Numbered from the stretch's first letter, positions 50,676 to 61,595 are shown. The stretch is DNA of 64,000 nt from Stramenopiles sp. TOSAG23-3 (GCA_900128585.1 LT642150.1:1-64000), one strand, 5' to 3'. Numbers and translations are program-made. The notes: generated from the letters alone by a model not told the origin.

Positions 50676-52649
50676 TTAAACATGCGCTGAATTGGCATTA
50701 TTATTTTTGTCCGCTTCGTCCGCAATCAATGCCGACTCTTCGGGTACCTCTGGCACACCGGAATACCCGCTGTGCGGTATTTCTAGCGAACTGTGCTTCA
50801 TCCCATAAAAAAAGTAAATAAAAAATCCAATCAAACTCCAAATGCACATCCGGTAAAATGCACTAACTGGTAAACTCATTATCAAGTGCATATTAAATGT
50901 GATTCCGATGCAGGGAAACCATGGCACGAAAGGGCACTGGAAAGAACAGATGCACTCCGCCTGTTCACATTGAGAAAGTTTGTACACTACGGCAAACGAT
51001 GCAATTCCAAACAGTGCAACCGCGTAAGACTTAGACTTACTCTGCGTATTGGATACCCATACAAGGTTCATGAAAAATGACAGAACGAAAAAACTTACAA
51101 TCAAAAGGGCCTCGCTGCCTAGCTTTTTGCCGCCTTCGGAAATTATTCGCGTACTATCCGCATTCGCGATACCACCAGAATCAGTAGGGAAAGGGCATGA
51201 GTCCCCCTTTTCCCCAGCTTCTTTCACACCCATGTCACCTCGAACCGCGGGGTCCGCCGCTAAGTCTTCTTGTTTTGTTTCGGCCATTTGGCTTGAGACA
51301 ACTTCAAATCGCAAAATTAACACGCTAAGACATACGACTGTGAAGGCCATCAAAGTGCCAATGGAGATCATGTCTGTTAACGTGTCGATATCAAAAAATA
51401 CTGCCATGGTTGCAGCTCCGATTCCAGTGACTATAGTTCCGAACACAGGTACTCGAGAAACTTTCGACAATGTCGAAAAACTTTCAAAGAGCAATCCGTC
51501 CTTTGACATTCTGTAGAAAATTCTAGGTTGCCCGAATAAAGAGCATAAAGTCGTGGCCGTCAGAGTGGTCGTAGAGCCAAAAGCAACGATAGAGCTCGCC
51601 CAGTGCATATTGACGGTCATAAAGGCATGAGACAATGGCGCGTCGACGTTTAAATCTAGGTAATTCACCATGCCGGTAACAACCAACCCGACGGCAATGT
51701 ACAAAACGGTAACAATCGCCAGTGTGGCAACTATACCTCGAGGTAGGTCCCGCTGCGGGTTCTTCATCTCTTCTGAAAGGGTGCAAACACAGTCGAATCC
51801 AATAAATGAAAAAAATACAAAGCCGGCGCCAGAAAACACCCCACGCATTCCATATGGCATAAACGGTTCCCAGTTTGCCGTCTGAACTTTGGTACTCCCC
51901 GCCAGCACAATAAATCCAACGATTGCCATGTTTAGGATGGTAATTACTACGTTCATTTTTGACGATTCCTTTACTCCAGTGAGCAAAACCACTGAACAGG
52001 CAGCAATGATAAGCCCTGCCAGTGGCGAGGCACTAGTCAACATTGGAGGATACCCTAACACAATATCATACGTCCACAACGGTGGCCGGATGCCTATTGA
52101 CAGCAAAAACTGAACGAAATAGTTGCTCCATCCCCGCGCAATAGCGGCGGCACTTATGCCATATTCCAGTGTTAAATTCCATCCAATGAACCACGCAATC
52201 CCTTCCCCGACACTCGCATAAGCGTAACTGTAAGCACTGCCACTCACCGGTACCCGTGCGGCAAATTCAGCGTAGCAGAAAGCACTAAATAAGCAGGCCA
52301 ACGCAGCCACCGTAAAGGACAGAGAGACTGCCGGACCGGCAAAATCTCGAGCCGCCTTTCCAGTGACAACAAAGAGCCCTGCCCCAACAGTCGAACCTAT
52401 CCCGTAAGCTATCACGTCCGTTAGAGACAAGGTTCGATTCAAACCATTACCCGAAGAATCCTCTTCCTTTTGTTCTTTCAACATCATGGCAATAGGTTTT
52501 ACACGAAAGCAACGGCTTGTAGAGCAGGCATGGAATAAATACTGCACCACAGTATTCCGCTTATTACTACCCATCGTCTCCACGCTTCTATTGTCGTTAA
52601 GTACGTGGGCGTTGTTGAGCCTTTTCCTTGGTCCAAATGAACCATACAT
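50676..52649 (-). CDS. Cationic amino acid transporter (APC/SLC7 CAT family)
   Basis: GIGSTVGAGLF, CYAEFAARVPVSGSAYSY, FFSFIGFD, EEMKNPQRDLP, SIGTLMAF and C-terminal FQCPFVPWFP; 14-TM layout. The exact start Met is uncertain. Confidence 0.93.
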   Translation of the reverse strand: MYGSFGPRKRLNNAHVLNDNRSVETMGSNKRNTVVQYLFHACSTSRCFRVKPIAMMLKEQKEEDSSGNGLNRTLSLTDVIAYGIGSTVGAGLFVVTGKAARDFAGPAVSLSFTVAALACLFSAFCYAEFAARVPVSGSAYSYAYASVGEGIAWFIGWNLTLEYGISAAAIARGWSNYFVQFLLSIGIRPPLWTYDIVLGYPPMLTSASPLAGLIIAACSVVLLTGVKESSKMNVVITILNMAIVGFIVLAGSTKVQTANWEPFMPYGMRGVFSGAGFVFFSFIGFDCVCTLSEEMKNPQRDLPRGIVATLAIVTVLYIAVGLVVTGMVNYLDLNVDAPLSHAFMTVNMHWASSIVAFGSTTTLTATTLCSLFGQPRIFYRMSKDGLLFESFSTLSKVSRVPVFGTIVTGIGAATMAVFFDIDTLTDMISIGTLMAFTVVCLSVLILRFEVVSSQMAETKQEDLAADPAVRGDMGVKEAGEKGDSCPFPTDSGGIANADSTRIISEGGKKLGSEALLIVSFFVLSFFMNLVWVSNTQSKSKSYAVALFGIASFAVVYKLSQCEQAECICSFQCPFVPWFPCIGITFNMHLIMSLPVSAFYRMCIWSLIGFFIYFFYGMKHSSLEIPHSGYSGVPEVPEESALIADEADKNNNANSAHV

Positions 52650-53163
52650 CCTGTCCGTGAGCAACTAACGCCTTCGATTGGCAATTACGATTATTGTTGT
52701 TGGAAATTCTGTGTAGCAACACAGATAAACAGGCAAATAGTAGACACGAACCGTTCGTTGATTGCTACTATTAGTAGAGGAGAAGAAAAAAGTCATGCGT
52801 AAAATAAATAAATCGATTTTAATAATAATTTTTTTTTTTGGTTGAGTGGTATTGTTGGTTGTTGGTATAATCCACAATAGTTACAACAACCAGTTACGGT
52901 ATAATAGATAATATTATACCAGTTATAATAAAATATAATACAACCACCACCAACAACAACAAAGAAGGGTGGAATGCATCTAATAGATCCTCGTAGACTA
53001 AACACAACAATTCTTCTTTTTTCTTCTTTTTTTCTGCTGCGTCGTCCGAGAAGAACGTGTTCTGCTGACAGGGGACGACAGCATCAGCAAACATCAACAA
53101 GAAAAAATGTTGTTTGTTACAAAATTGTATTACGCATTTTGGGATTTTTATTAATATTATTGA

Positions 53164-54705
53164 TTAATACCTCATGGTCTGCAGAAGCAGTGCATCTTCG
53201 TCGTCTCCATCGTCTCGCAGGAGCTGATCAAACTCATCGATAGTACTAGCTTCTTCCGTTAGACGCGGCAAAATGACCGTGAGTATTCGACGGCGAGTCA
53301 TGAACAGACGCAGTGCACTGAACGTCCACAGTGACGCCCATAAAAACGGTGAGTAGTGAAACTCATAAAAGGCAGCCCCTACGCACAAAATAAAGGGTAT
53401 GCTGGACACAATGGTTGCGTTCAGAAGAAATCGAAAATCCAAAGATGCAAAAAGCAGGGACTCGTACACTTTCAAAACAATCGTCGTGGTTTCTGTGGCA
53501 AGAAACAAGATCATGCCCAACCAGCTGGTCATGCCCGCGGCATCGGCCAACTCTTCCCCGAGCATGTACGGTGCCAACAGGATGGAGATCACTGATGCAA
53601 GCAGTCCCATAAAGAAACCAGCCGTGGGAAGCTTTTCTGCCAAGGTTTGAAAGTCATATGGATTATAAACACGGTAAATTTCATTCAAATACTTACATGC
53701 GACGACAATGATAGAGCACCCTAGTGCGCGTCCACACACACCAGGTATGTTGCGGAGTCGGCGGATCACTTCAAAAGCAGAATTAACGGTCCACTTCCAT
53801 TTCTCGCTGTCGGCATCAAATATTAAAGTGACTGTAGCATCAATGAAAAGTAAGATGCAGGCTCGAAGGCCCATGACCAAAGAGTCCTCCCACATTTCGG
53901 ATCTCACCTCATTGTAAAGGTGGTCGTCTCCGCGACACCAAAAAAAGCAAAAACGGCAAGGCGGGGAACAGTTTTCCTTGTCTTGGGAGGTTATCTCGGC
54001 GAGGGCGGCCTTCAGTCTGTGGGAGCGAAGGGCCCGCTTGTACATGTAATACGCAGCGACGCTTGCGATTAGATCGGACACGGCGACCCCAAGCAAGCCG
54101 ATTTTAAAGACATATAAAGACAACAGCACCCCAGCCACCCACAATACTGACTGGATTGAGAACACCCATAATATCAGATCAACCCGGTGAATGCCAAGGA
54201 AGACGGGGAATGCGCACGCGACGACTACGACGCGGAAGGGCAAGGCAAAAAATCTAATCAACAAGTGGACCCACAGACACATGTACGGAGAGTCGGCATC
54301 GCAGAATCGTTTATGCTTGAGAGGCGAAAATAATTCCTTGGGCACGACCTCCATATGACCCGCAAACTGCAACAATACGACCGCCGCTGCGGCAATTATT
54401 GACCCGTAGAAACTGATCACATGAGCAATGCGAATTCTTGTAGCAACGACCTTCTTCTGCCCAATAGCCTCGTCGCTGGCGATTCTTGACGCGATAGGCT
54501 CTAACATCATCACTGCAAAAAAATTAATGATATGCCGTAGCACAAAATCCGCATAGTCAAATTCATACAACCCAAAGTCTTTCAATTCATCCTCTAAACA
54601 AACCCGCACAATGTGGTCAGCAACGTGTTTTAACAGGCCAATAAAGAGCATAAAAATCAAAAACTTCACCAGCCTCTCGCCCATCCCCCCAAACGCAGAT
54701 TTCAT
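53164..54705 (-). CDS. Divergent MATE-like multi-pass transporter
   Basis: About 12 hydrophobic segments in two halves. LLIRFFALPF...VFLG...GLLGVAVSDLIAS resembles the MATE YLxIRxxxxP...G...GxxGAAxAT pattern. Confidence 0.65.
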   Translation of the reverse strand: MKSAFGGMGERLVKFLIFMLFIGLLKHVADHIVRVCLEDELKDFGLYEFDYADFVLRHIINFFAVMMLEPIASRIASDEAIGQKKVVATRIRIAHVISFYGSIIAAAAVVLLQFAGHMEVVPKELFSPLKHKRFCDADSPYMCLWVHLLIRFFALPFRVVVVACAFPVFLGIHRVDLILWVFSIQSVLWVAGVLLSLYVFKIGLLGVAVSDLIASVAAYYMYKRALRSHRLKAALAEITSQDKENCSPPCRFCFFWCRGDDHLYNEVRSEMWEDSLVMGLRACILLFIDATVTLIFDADSEKWKWTVNSAFEVIRRLRNIPGVCGRALGCSIIVVACKYLNEIYRVYNPYDFQTLAEKLPTAGFFMGLLASVISILLAPYMLGEELADAAGMTSWLGMILFLATETTTIVLKVYESLLFASLDFRFLLNATIVSSIPFILCVGAAFYEFHYSPFLWASLWTFSALRLFMTRRRILTVILPRLTEEASTIDEFDQLLRDDGDDEDALLLQTMRY

Positions 54706-55719
54706 GGCGTCTGACGAACTCCACAACCTCTCTCTTCGCGAGTGCCTGGTACTCGGGGTATAACTCTAGACCTAATGTGAAAAACCTGTAAAGATCAGAT
54801 GCATATGTTTCTCTTGTTTTCTTTGATTATTTACTATGCCCAATATATATAAATATTAATGCATTTAGAGTAAAATATAATATTAAAAAGAATGTTTGAA
54901 TTTTGAATTGGTGATAATAATAATAAATTCATATTATTATTATTATTATTATCATCACACCTCTACTTATTATTTATTAATAATCAGCTTATTCAACAAG
55001 TGTTGCTGTGTTTTGTTGTAAACGAAGGAGAGAGAGAGGTGGAGGAGATGAGATTGATGAAGGAAGGAGGAGGAGTGACAAAAAAATAAAGGTTGTTTTT
55101 TTAAAAAGGCTTTAAATGTACATTGGATTTATTATAGAATATTGTATTAATAATGATGAGATAGTCGTCTTCTATCGTAGTCTCGATTCTATTATTATTT
55201 TAATAGTGTCTTCTACTGTACTATTAATATTAATACGTACGACGCATCAATTATTTCATTATTTTATATTTATCAATTTTATTAATAATTTGAAAAAATA
55301 CATCAATTGTTCTTCTAATAATAATGTAATATTATAATACCTTGGTAATAGGGAAGACAATATTAAATAACAACATCACAGAGCATTAAATACCATTTAT
55401 ATTAATAGCTAATATACGTACCGTACCGTACCGTACAGGTGCAGGAACAACCCGAACCGAAAATAAGGTGATAGAGTAGTCAAGACAACACGTCTATTAT
55501 ACTACTAATTTAAAAAAAAACATCAAAACATTTTTTTATTAAATTCTTCTATAAAATCTAATATTTTGTGTTCTTTACACATATTGATTACTGAAAAATA
55601 TATTTAATCAAATTAGTAATACGAAAGCATGAAAATGTAGAATCCAAGAGCCAGGCCCATTAAGGAAGGGAACGAACAAGATTCATCCTATTCCACTTCT
55701 GGGGACACTGCGGTTTCGT

Positions 55720-56973
55720 CTAGCACTTCCATATTCTGCACGTGTTATCTTTGGATCCGGTAATGATCGTGTCTCCCTCGTAATTAAATGCACAACTAAA
55801 AATTTCATCGGTGTGGCCCTCGAGCACTTGCAAACAATCGCCAGACTCCACTTCCCATATTCGTGCAGACTTGTCACTACTGGCGGTCAATATTTTCGTG
55901 CCTTGGGGGTTGAAACAAACTTTCGAGATTTCACCCTCGTGGCCAATCAGAATTGCTTGGCAGGCCCCTGTCTGGGTGTTGTAAACCCGAGACGTCCCGT
56001 CGGCCGAGGCGGTCACAAGTTTGCTGCCCGTGGCGTTGAACCCAACGTCCAAGATTTCATCGTTGTGGCCCCTCAGGGTCTGCATGCACTCGCCAGTTTT
56101 GACGTTCCATATTTTGCAGGTACGATCGATCGAACCGCTAATTGCAAACGAACTACTGTAATTAAATTGGGTGCTCGAAATTTCACCGTGGTGGCCACTT
56201 AAGGTGTGGATACACTTTCCTGTCCCGACATCCCACAATTTGATCGTGTGGTCGAACGAGCCGGTGATGACTTGCGTTCCATCTGTGTTAAAATTCAGAC
56301 TCACGATCTCGGCTGTGTGCCCTAAAAGGGTGTGCACCTCCTTTCCAGAGTTCACATCCCACAACTTGGCGGTATTGTCCATAGATCCGGTAGCAACCAG
56401 GCTTCCTTGCGGGTTGAACGCGAGGCAGACGATTTCCGTCGCGTGGCCGCGGTAGGTGTGGTAAAGAGTGCCTGTCTCCGCGCTCCATAGCTTGCACGTT
56501 TTGTCGAACGACCCGGTGATAATTTTGTCCCCGTACGGGTTGTTAAATGCGATCGCATACACTACATTTTTATGCCCTTCTAATGCCAGAAGCTCTTCGC
56601 CTGACACGGTGTCCCACACTTTGCAAGTACGGTCGTAACTCCCGGTGATAAACTTGTCGCCAGACTTGTTGAAGGCGCAGTTCGTCAAAGGCAGTATGTG
56701 CGCTCTCAAAATTTTGAAAAGGTAAAAGTCTTGCGTCTCGTTCGCTTCCAACTTTTCGATTAATTTGTAAATCAGCCTTCGCAGCTGGGGCTTGCGGGTA
56801 GGCTTGATAAGCGGTTGCTCAAAAACAATCTGGTTCACTAAGACTTCTACATCAGTTTCTGCGGTCAGGTGCAACAAAGGTATCTCTTTTGTCCCTTGAG
56901 TCCCATCTCGCAGGGCATATTCAAGAATAATGCCCGGTGGGTAATAACGTATTAAGAAACGTTTTAGTTTCAT
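55720..56973 (-). CDS. DAW1: Dynein assembly factor with WD repeats 1 (ODA16/WDR69)
   Basis: Diagnostic [20 protein letters not shown]-terminus, [14 protein letters not shown] and 8 WD40 repeats. Confidence 0.97.
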   Translation of the reverse strand: MKLKRFLIRYYPPGIILEYALRDGTQGTKEIPLLHLTAETDVEVLVNQIVFEQPLIKPTRKPQLRRLIYKLIEKLEANETQDFYLFKILRAHILPLTNCAFNKSGDKFITGSYDRTCKVWDTVSGEELLALEGHKNVVYAIAFNNPYGDKIITGSFDKTCKLWSAETGTLYHTYRGHATEIVCLAFNPQGSLVATGSMDNTAKLWDVNSGKEVHTLLGHTAEIVSLNFNTDGTQVITGSFDHTIKLWDVGTGKCIHTLSGHHGEISSTQFNYSSSFAISGSIDRTCKIWNVKTGECMQTLRGHNDEILDVGFNATGSKLVTASADGTSRVYNTQTGACQAILIGHEGEISKVCFNPQGTKILTASSDKSARIWEVESGDCLQVLEGHTDEIFSCAFNYEGDTIITGSKDNTCRIWKC

Positions 56974-57781
56974 CTTGTGTGCAAACGGGTTCGGTGGAAG
57001 GTCTTGCTACACAATTCACGTTCGAAGCTTTCCTGCTTACTTGGTTGTGCTTCTTTTTCCAATCTTCTGGTCATCCATTGCGTTTGAAGCATATGTATTG
57101 AATAGAGATGAAACTCTCTCACTTTCTTTTGATCTTCTATTAATTATTATTATTATTATTAATTCACCACCCACCACCACCACACCACATCATTTATTTT
57201 TATTTATTTTATTATAATTATTTCGCGCGCGGCGGGGACAGCAACAATGAACAACGAACAACAAAATTCAATGCTCCTCCCTCACACCAACACTCCTCCT
57301 CCTCCTCTAAGAAATTCCTTTTGTATTAAGGGTAAGTATATAATTTAGACACTGTATAATTTTTATTATAGTGTATTAAAGTTATAATTTAAAGTACAAT
57401 GTACAATTGACATTGAATATAATTTAAATATTCCTTACTTGATAAGGTATATATATATATGTCTATTTGGCAGAAAGAAAGAAAAAATCAAAAGAGAAAA
57501 AAAAGATATGTTTAAATTATGCTGTGTTCCTATATTAAAATATGTATTATATGGTGATATATAGGAAAAGTTTCCGAGATACAGTATCATAGTATAGGTC
57601 TCTGCGTAATCGTATTTTTTAGAGAGGACTTTGTAATTTATTATTAACTAACTATACGTAAGGAATGGTTGAATTTTGAATAGATAGACACAGCAGTTCT
57701 TTGTATTTGTAAATACATTAAATAGCATCCAGATTTTGATACATTTTAAATTCAAAATCCCTTGATGATGACAACATTCCT

Positions 57782-57783
57782 TT

Positions 57784-57839
<56 letters not shown>

Positions 57840-57841
57840 TC
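57782..57841. repeat. (TTTC)15 microsatellite
   Basis: Direct read. Confidence 0.92.
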
Positions 57842-58528
57842 CTCCGTCCTCGATTCAAAATCAAAATATAATAAAATTCGTATTATTTTTCTTCTATTAT
57901 TTTTTGTCTATTTTATACTGTTGTAATGTAATACTGTAGTGCTATTTATTGCATTCCGCTGTTGAATTCTTTTGATTCCATTTATAGTACTATTAATTAC
58001 ATTGTGCTTGCTTTTGATCATTTATTTTGTATGTACATATATAATTAAATAAGCCTATATACTGTATTACTGTATATTATTATACAAAATATTTTTATGC
58101 TTTTCAAAACATGATGATGATTATGATGGATTAGCAGATCCCTATTACATTGCTATTATATTATAAATAATGCGAAGTATAGTATACTTGATATCTAATT
58201 TCTATATAATCTATATAGGTATATATACTTTGGCGCACTTTCTTCTTTCTTGTTGTTGTACAATGTTTGTTCCTTTTTTTTTCTCCTCCTCCGTCCTCCT
58301 CCTCCTGGTCCGGTCGGTCGGTCCGGTCCGTCCAGTGGTGAGAGGGCGAATTTGTCCAGGTTGTCTTTTTTTACGAATCGATTTAATAACCCTAACTTTT
58401 ATCTACATCGTAGTTTACTTCATTTGAACGAATAGAAGAGCGAAAAGGTAGGACAGTCGAACTTCAGATTTTTCCCAAGGTCAGCACAACGCAGTTTGAA
58501 TAAAGAAAACAGACCTTTAGAATTACAA

Positions 58529-60481
58529 ATGTCTTCCATCGCAGCACCCGTCTCTACCCCGAGGGGGTCGTTCCGCAGTGCAAAGCGCGCTATGCGTCGT
58601 ATAGACGGAGAAACCTATATTGTTACGTTGCGGCATGAAGAGGATAGCCCGAACGTCTCGTTGGACGTGTACTCTAGTGGTGACTCAAGAACTGTGACAA
58701 TTGAAAATAAGAAAGCGTTAGATGAAACCACGAACGATATGATAAGCAGGGCGGTGGACGAGGTCCACATGACGCGCTTGCTGGCTTTGAAAGCGAAAAC
58801 GCAGGCGGAGCTGGCCGAAGCCGTTGCCCTTTATAGAGAATGGGAAAACAACAAACTCCCGCCCTCGCTCGAGGCGGCGATCAAATTGGCGCCCACACAT
58901 ATCCACATGCGCATAGATTTAGCCCGCGCGAGGTTCAAGCTAGAGCAGTACCACATATGTATTAGCCAGTGCAAGCGAGTGGTGGCAGCAGCGCGCTTGC
59001 CGTCCGCGAAACTTTTTGGTTCCAGGCAGAGCGAAACGGTGGCAACTGTGGTATCGAATGCCTACGAGCTAATGGGGGATGCCCTGCAGCACATGGGTCC
59101 TTCAAAGGCTGCCCGGGCGATGAATGTTTATCTGCTCGCGCTGCGAGAAAACCCTTCCAATCCCACGGCAAGGCCAAAATTAGAGCTTCTCCATGCAAAG
59201 TTAAGTGCTGGGGCAAAAGCACCCGAAGGCAAAACCAACGAAGGGCCGGGAGGGAAAGTTGAAGAGCAGCAGGTCGGCGAATCAACGAAATCGGACGGCA
59301 GGGCACACACCCGCGAAATTGAAGACTTGCTGTCGCACCACGACCTCGTAGACAATTCTCACAACTTTAAGTTCCAATGCACGATGTGCGGCGAGTGCTG
59401 CCGGCAAGCGGACAATATCCTGTTGACGCCAATAGATGTCTGGCTGATGGCACGGTCCAGCGGCCTCGGGAATGTGCATGGGATTCACACGACAATTCAA
59501 TTGCGAAAGAAATTCAAAAAAGCCTTTCACTGGACGTCTAAGGACGGCTTGCCAGTGTGCTATTTGCGCCCGTTAAAGGCGAAGGACGGCCGGTGTCACT
59601 TTTCTTTTCCCTTGTACAGGAAGAACGGGAAGCTACTGAGCTATTCTGAGTCTACCAAATTGAAACTAGACGTAGAGGAAGAGTACGTTCCGGTATCCCC
59701 AGACGAATACAACATTACCGAGGAAGAGGAGAAAGCTGCCATGGATAGTTTAAATCTAAGCGACTCAGACGATGATGGCGAGGCTGGAGACGAAGAGGAA
59801 GATGAAGATGCGTCCAGCGACGACGATGGGGGGCGCCAGCCATCCGATTTGAGTGGCCACAGAAGAAGAAAGCGGGGGATGCGGCCGAAAGGAGAAGGTC
59901 AGGCCGATGCGGTGTGGAATAGTTACGGCCGCCATGCGCTAGGGTGCATGTTGGGTATGGAGAACATGCCTCACATGTGTTCGGGCTACCCTGTGGCCCA
60001 GGAGTTGTCTTGGGCGGACTTTTGGCACGTGCGTGACCCTAATACGGTTGGGGCTGCAAAACACGCAGACGGCGAAAAGATAGTCATCGTTCGCACAGAC
60101 GCCTGCGAAGGTTTCTTTACTGACGAACAGCTGAAGACGCAACCGTTTGAGTCCGTTGACCCTACCCCTGGGCCTATTAAAGAGAGGCCGATAAAGGAGT
60201 TCATAGACGACAATGGGTTGAAGGAGCGTTGGAACCACGTCGACTCGTTTATGGCATTGGTACAAGAGGTAACGGACTCAAAAATTATCCCATCTTTTAA
60301 GAACGATGCAAAGAGACGGCTGCAGTTCCAGAAAGAACTTGCAGACATATGGTATAATGCTGATCGATTGGCTGGCAACCCGTCTGCCGGTCTCGAAGGC
60401 AACTGGCGAACGGTCGAAAGGGCGGTGGCTAGTGCCACCCGAACGTTGATTTCCGAGTTCAAGTCAGAAATGAAGAAGTAA
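58529..60481 (+). CDS. TPR + YkgJ/CxxCxxCC cysteine-cluster domain protein
   Basis: TPR-like helices in the N-terminal third, then FKFQCTMCGECCRQADNILLTPIDV...LPVCYL...CHF [acidic insert] CMLG...PHMCSGYPV...CEG; first ATG at 58529. Confidence 0.85.
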   Translation: MSSIAAPVSTPRGSFRSAKRAMRRIDGETYIVTLRHEEDSPNVSLDVYSSGDSRTVTIENKKALDETTNDMISRAVDEVHMTRLLALKAKTQAELAEAVALYREWENNKLPPSLEAAIKLAPTHIHMRIDLARARFKLEQYHICISQCKRVVAAARLPSAKLFGSRQSETVATVVSNAYELMGDALQHMGPSKAARAMNVYLLALRENPSNPTARPKLELLHAKLSAGAKAPEGKTNEGPGGKVEEQQVGESTKSDGRAHTREIEDLLSHHDLVDNSHNFKFQCTMCGECCRQADNILLTPIDVWLMARSSGLGNVHGIHTTIQLRKKFKKAFHWTSKDGLPVCYLRPLKAKDGRCHFSFPLYRKNGKLLSYSESTKLKLDVEEEYVPVSPDEYNITEEEEKAAMDSLNLSDSDDDGEAGDEEEDEDASSDDDGGRQPSDLSGHRRRKRGMRPKGEGQADAVWNSYGRHALGCMLGMENMPHMCSGYPVAQELSWADFWHVRDPNTVGAAKHADGEKIVIVRTDACEGFFTDEQLKTQPFESVDPTPGPIKERPIKEFIDDNGLKERWNHVDSFMALVQEVTDSKIIPSFKNDAKRRLQFQKELADIWYNADRLAGNPSAGLEGNWRTVERAVASATRTLISEFKSEMKK

Positions 60482-60578
60482 GTTTAGAGGTGTCAGCGTT
60501 TAAAAATTAAAAGTGAGACTTACGAAAGTTATTTGTTTTATACTACATTGCGAGAGTATCATTTTTATTCTATTCTCT

Positions 60579-61595
60579 CTATAGCTTGGACGCAGAGTTC
60601 TCTGCGATGGAAAATGCATGGCCCGAACTCACTGCAAGGTGCCAGCGACTGTCTGGATCGACCTTTTTGTGGCTGCCGTCGTTCGAAGTATGCGGGACAC
60701 GGTGGACTATTCCATCTTTTGACAAAGCTTCCAGGACCAGGTACATGTTTCCCATTGCTGGGAAGACGAGATTCTCCGGCAAACCCTGGTAAATTTGGCG
60801 CGTTAACGATTCCAGACTCCAGTATGTTTCCCCGTCTTTGGGGGGCGTTTCAAGGACTGCAACCGCCCCCCGTATGCGCTGTCGGCGATGAGATATATAC
60901 TCTATTATTTTGGACGTTCCTTCCTCTACAACTGGACCATGGCCAGGGTACAACTTCTCCGGGTTGAAGGATTTCATCCTCTGCAAAGAATTCATGTATG
61001 CATGCAGGTTCCTGAACACTGATGTGCCAGTACCCAGCACGTTGTCGGCGGTGAACATGGAGTTTTCCTCTTCTAACACCAAACATATATGGTCATTCGC
61101 GTGACCTGGAGTAAACAAAACCTTTAAAGTTGCCCCTGCAGTTGTGAGGATTTCGCCGTCTACGACAGGGGTAAATTTGTCCTTCGGCCACATTTCATAC
61201 GGGGTAATGGTCCCTTCGCCCCCAAACGATGCCTCCAATTCTTCTGGCATATACTTTAAAACAGGAATATTGCTCCCGTGGTCCTCCAATACGCTGCTCA
61301 CACCACCTAAATGGTCGTGGTGCCAGTGCGATACAACTATTTGACTAATGGACGTACATCCGGCTTGCCTCATGCCCTCCTTAAGAGTCGTGAGGTAGTC
61401 TCGCTTCCCCTCGCCTGTATCAATAAGAATGCGACTTGATCCTGTCCCTACCAGATATGTATTTGTCCCTTGCAGCGAATAACTTCCTGGGTTTGACCCC
61501 AAAAACCGCCATACTCGAGCAGAGAGCTGGGTTATAAGTGGAAGTTTCCCCAGAAGTTGTTTCCCCCCTTTCAAATGTGAAGCCAGAGACGACAT
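60579..61595 (-). CDS. LACTB2: LACTB2-like metallo-beta-lactamase-fold protein
   Basis: LGSNPGSYSLQGTNTYLVG, ILIDTGEG, SHWHHDHLGG, TPGHANDH, YPGHGP and a C-terminal winged-helix-like region. Confidence 0.9.
   Translation of the reverse strand: MSSLASHLKGGKQLLGKLPLITQLSARVWRFLGSNPGSYSLQGTNTYLVGTGSSRILIDTGEGKRDYLTTLKEGMRQAGCTSISQIVVSHWHHDHLGGVSSVLEDHGSNIPVLKYMPEELEASFGGEGTITPYEMWPKDKFTPVVDGEILTTAGATLKVLFTPGHANDHICLVLEEENSMFTADNVLGTGTSVFRNLHAYMNSLQRMKSFNPEKLYPGHGPVVEEGTSKIIEYISHRRQRIRGAVAVLETPPKDGETYWSLESLTRQIYQGLPENLVFPAMGNMYLVLEALSKDGIVHRVPHTSNDGSHKKVDPDSRWHLAVSSGHAFSIAENSASKL

Noticed and set aside
52431-52440. GGTTCGATTC tRNA T-loop-like sequence
   Set aside because: Lies inside the transporter CDS, with no cloverleaf or A-box around it.
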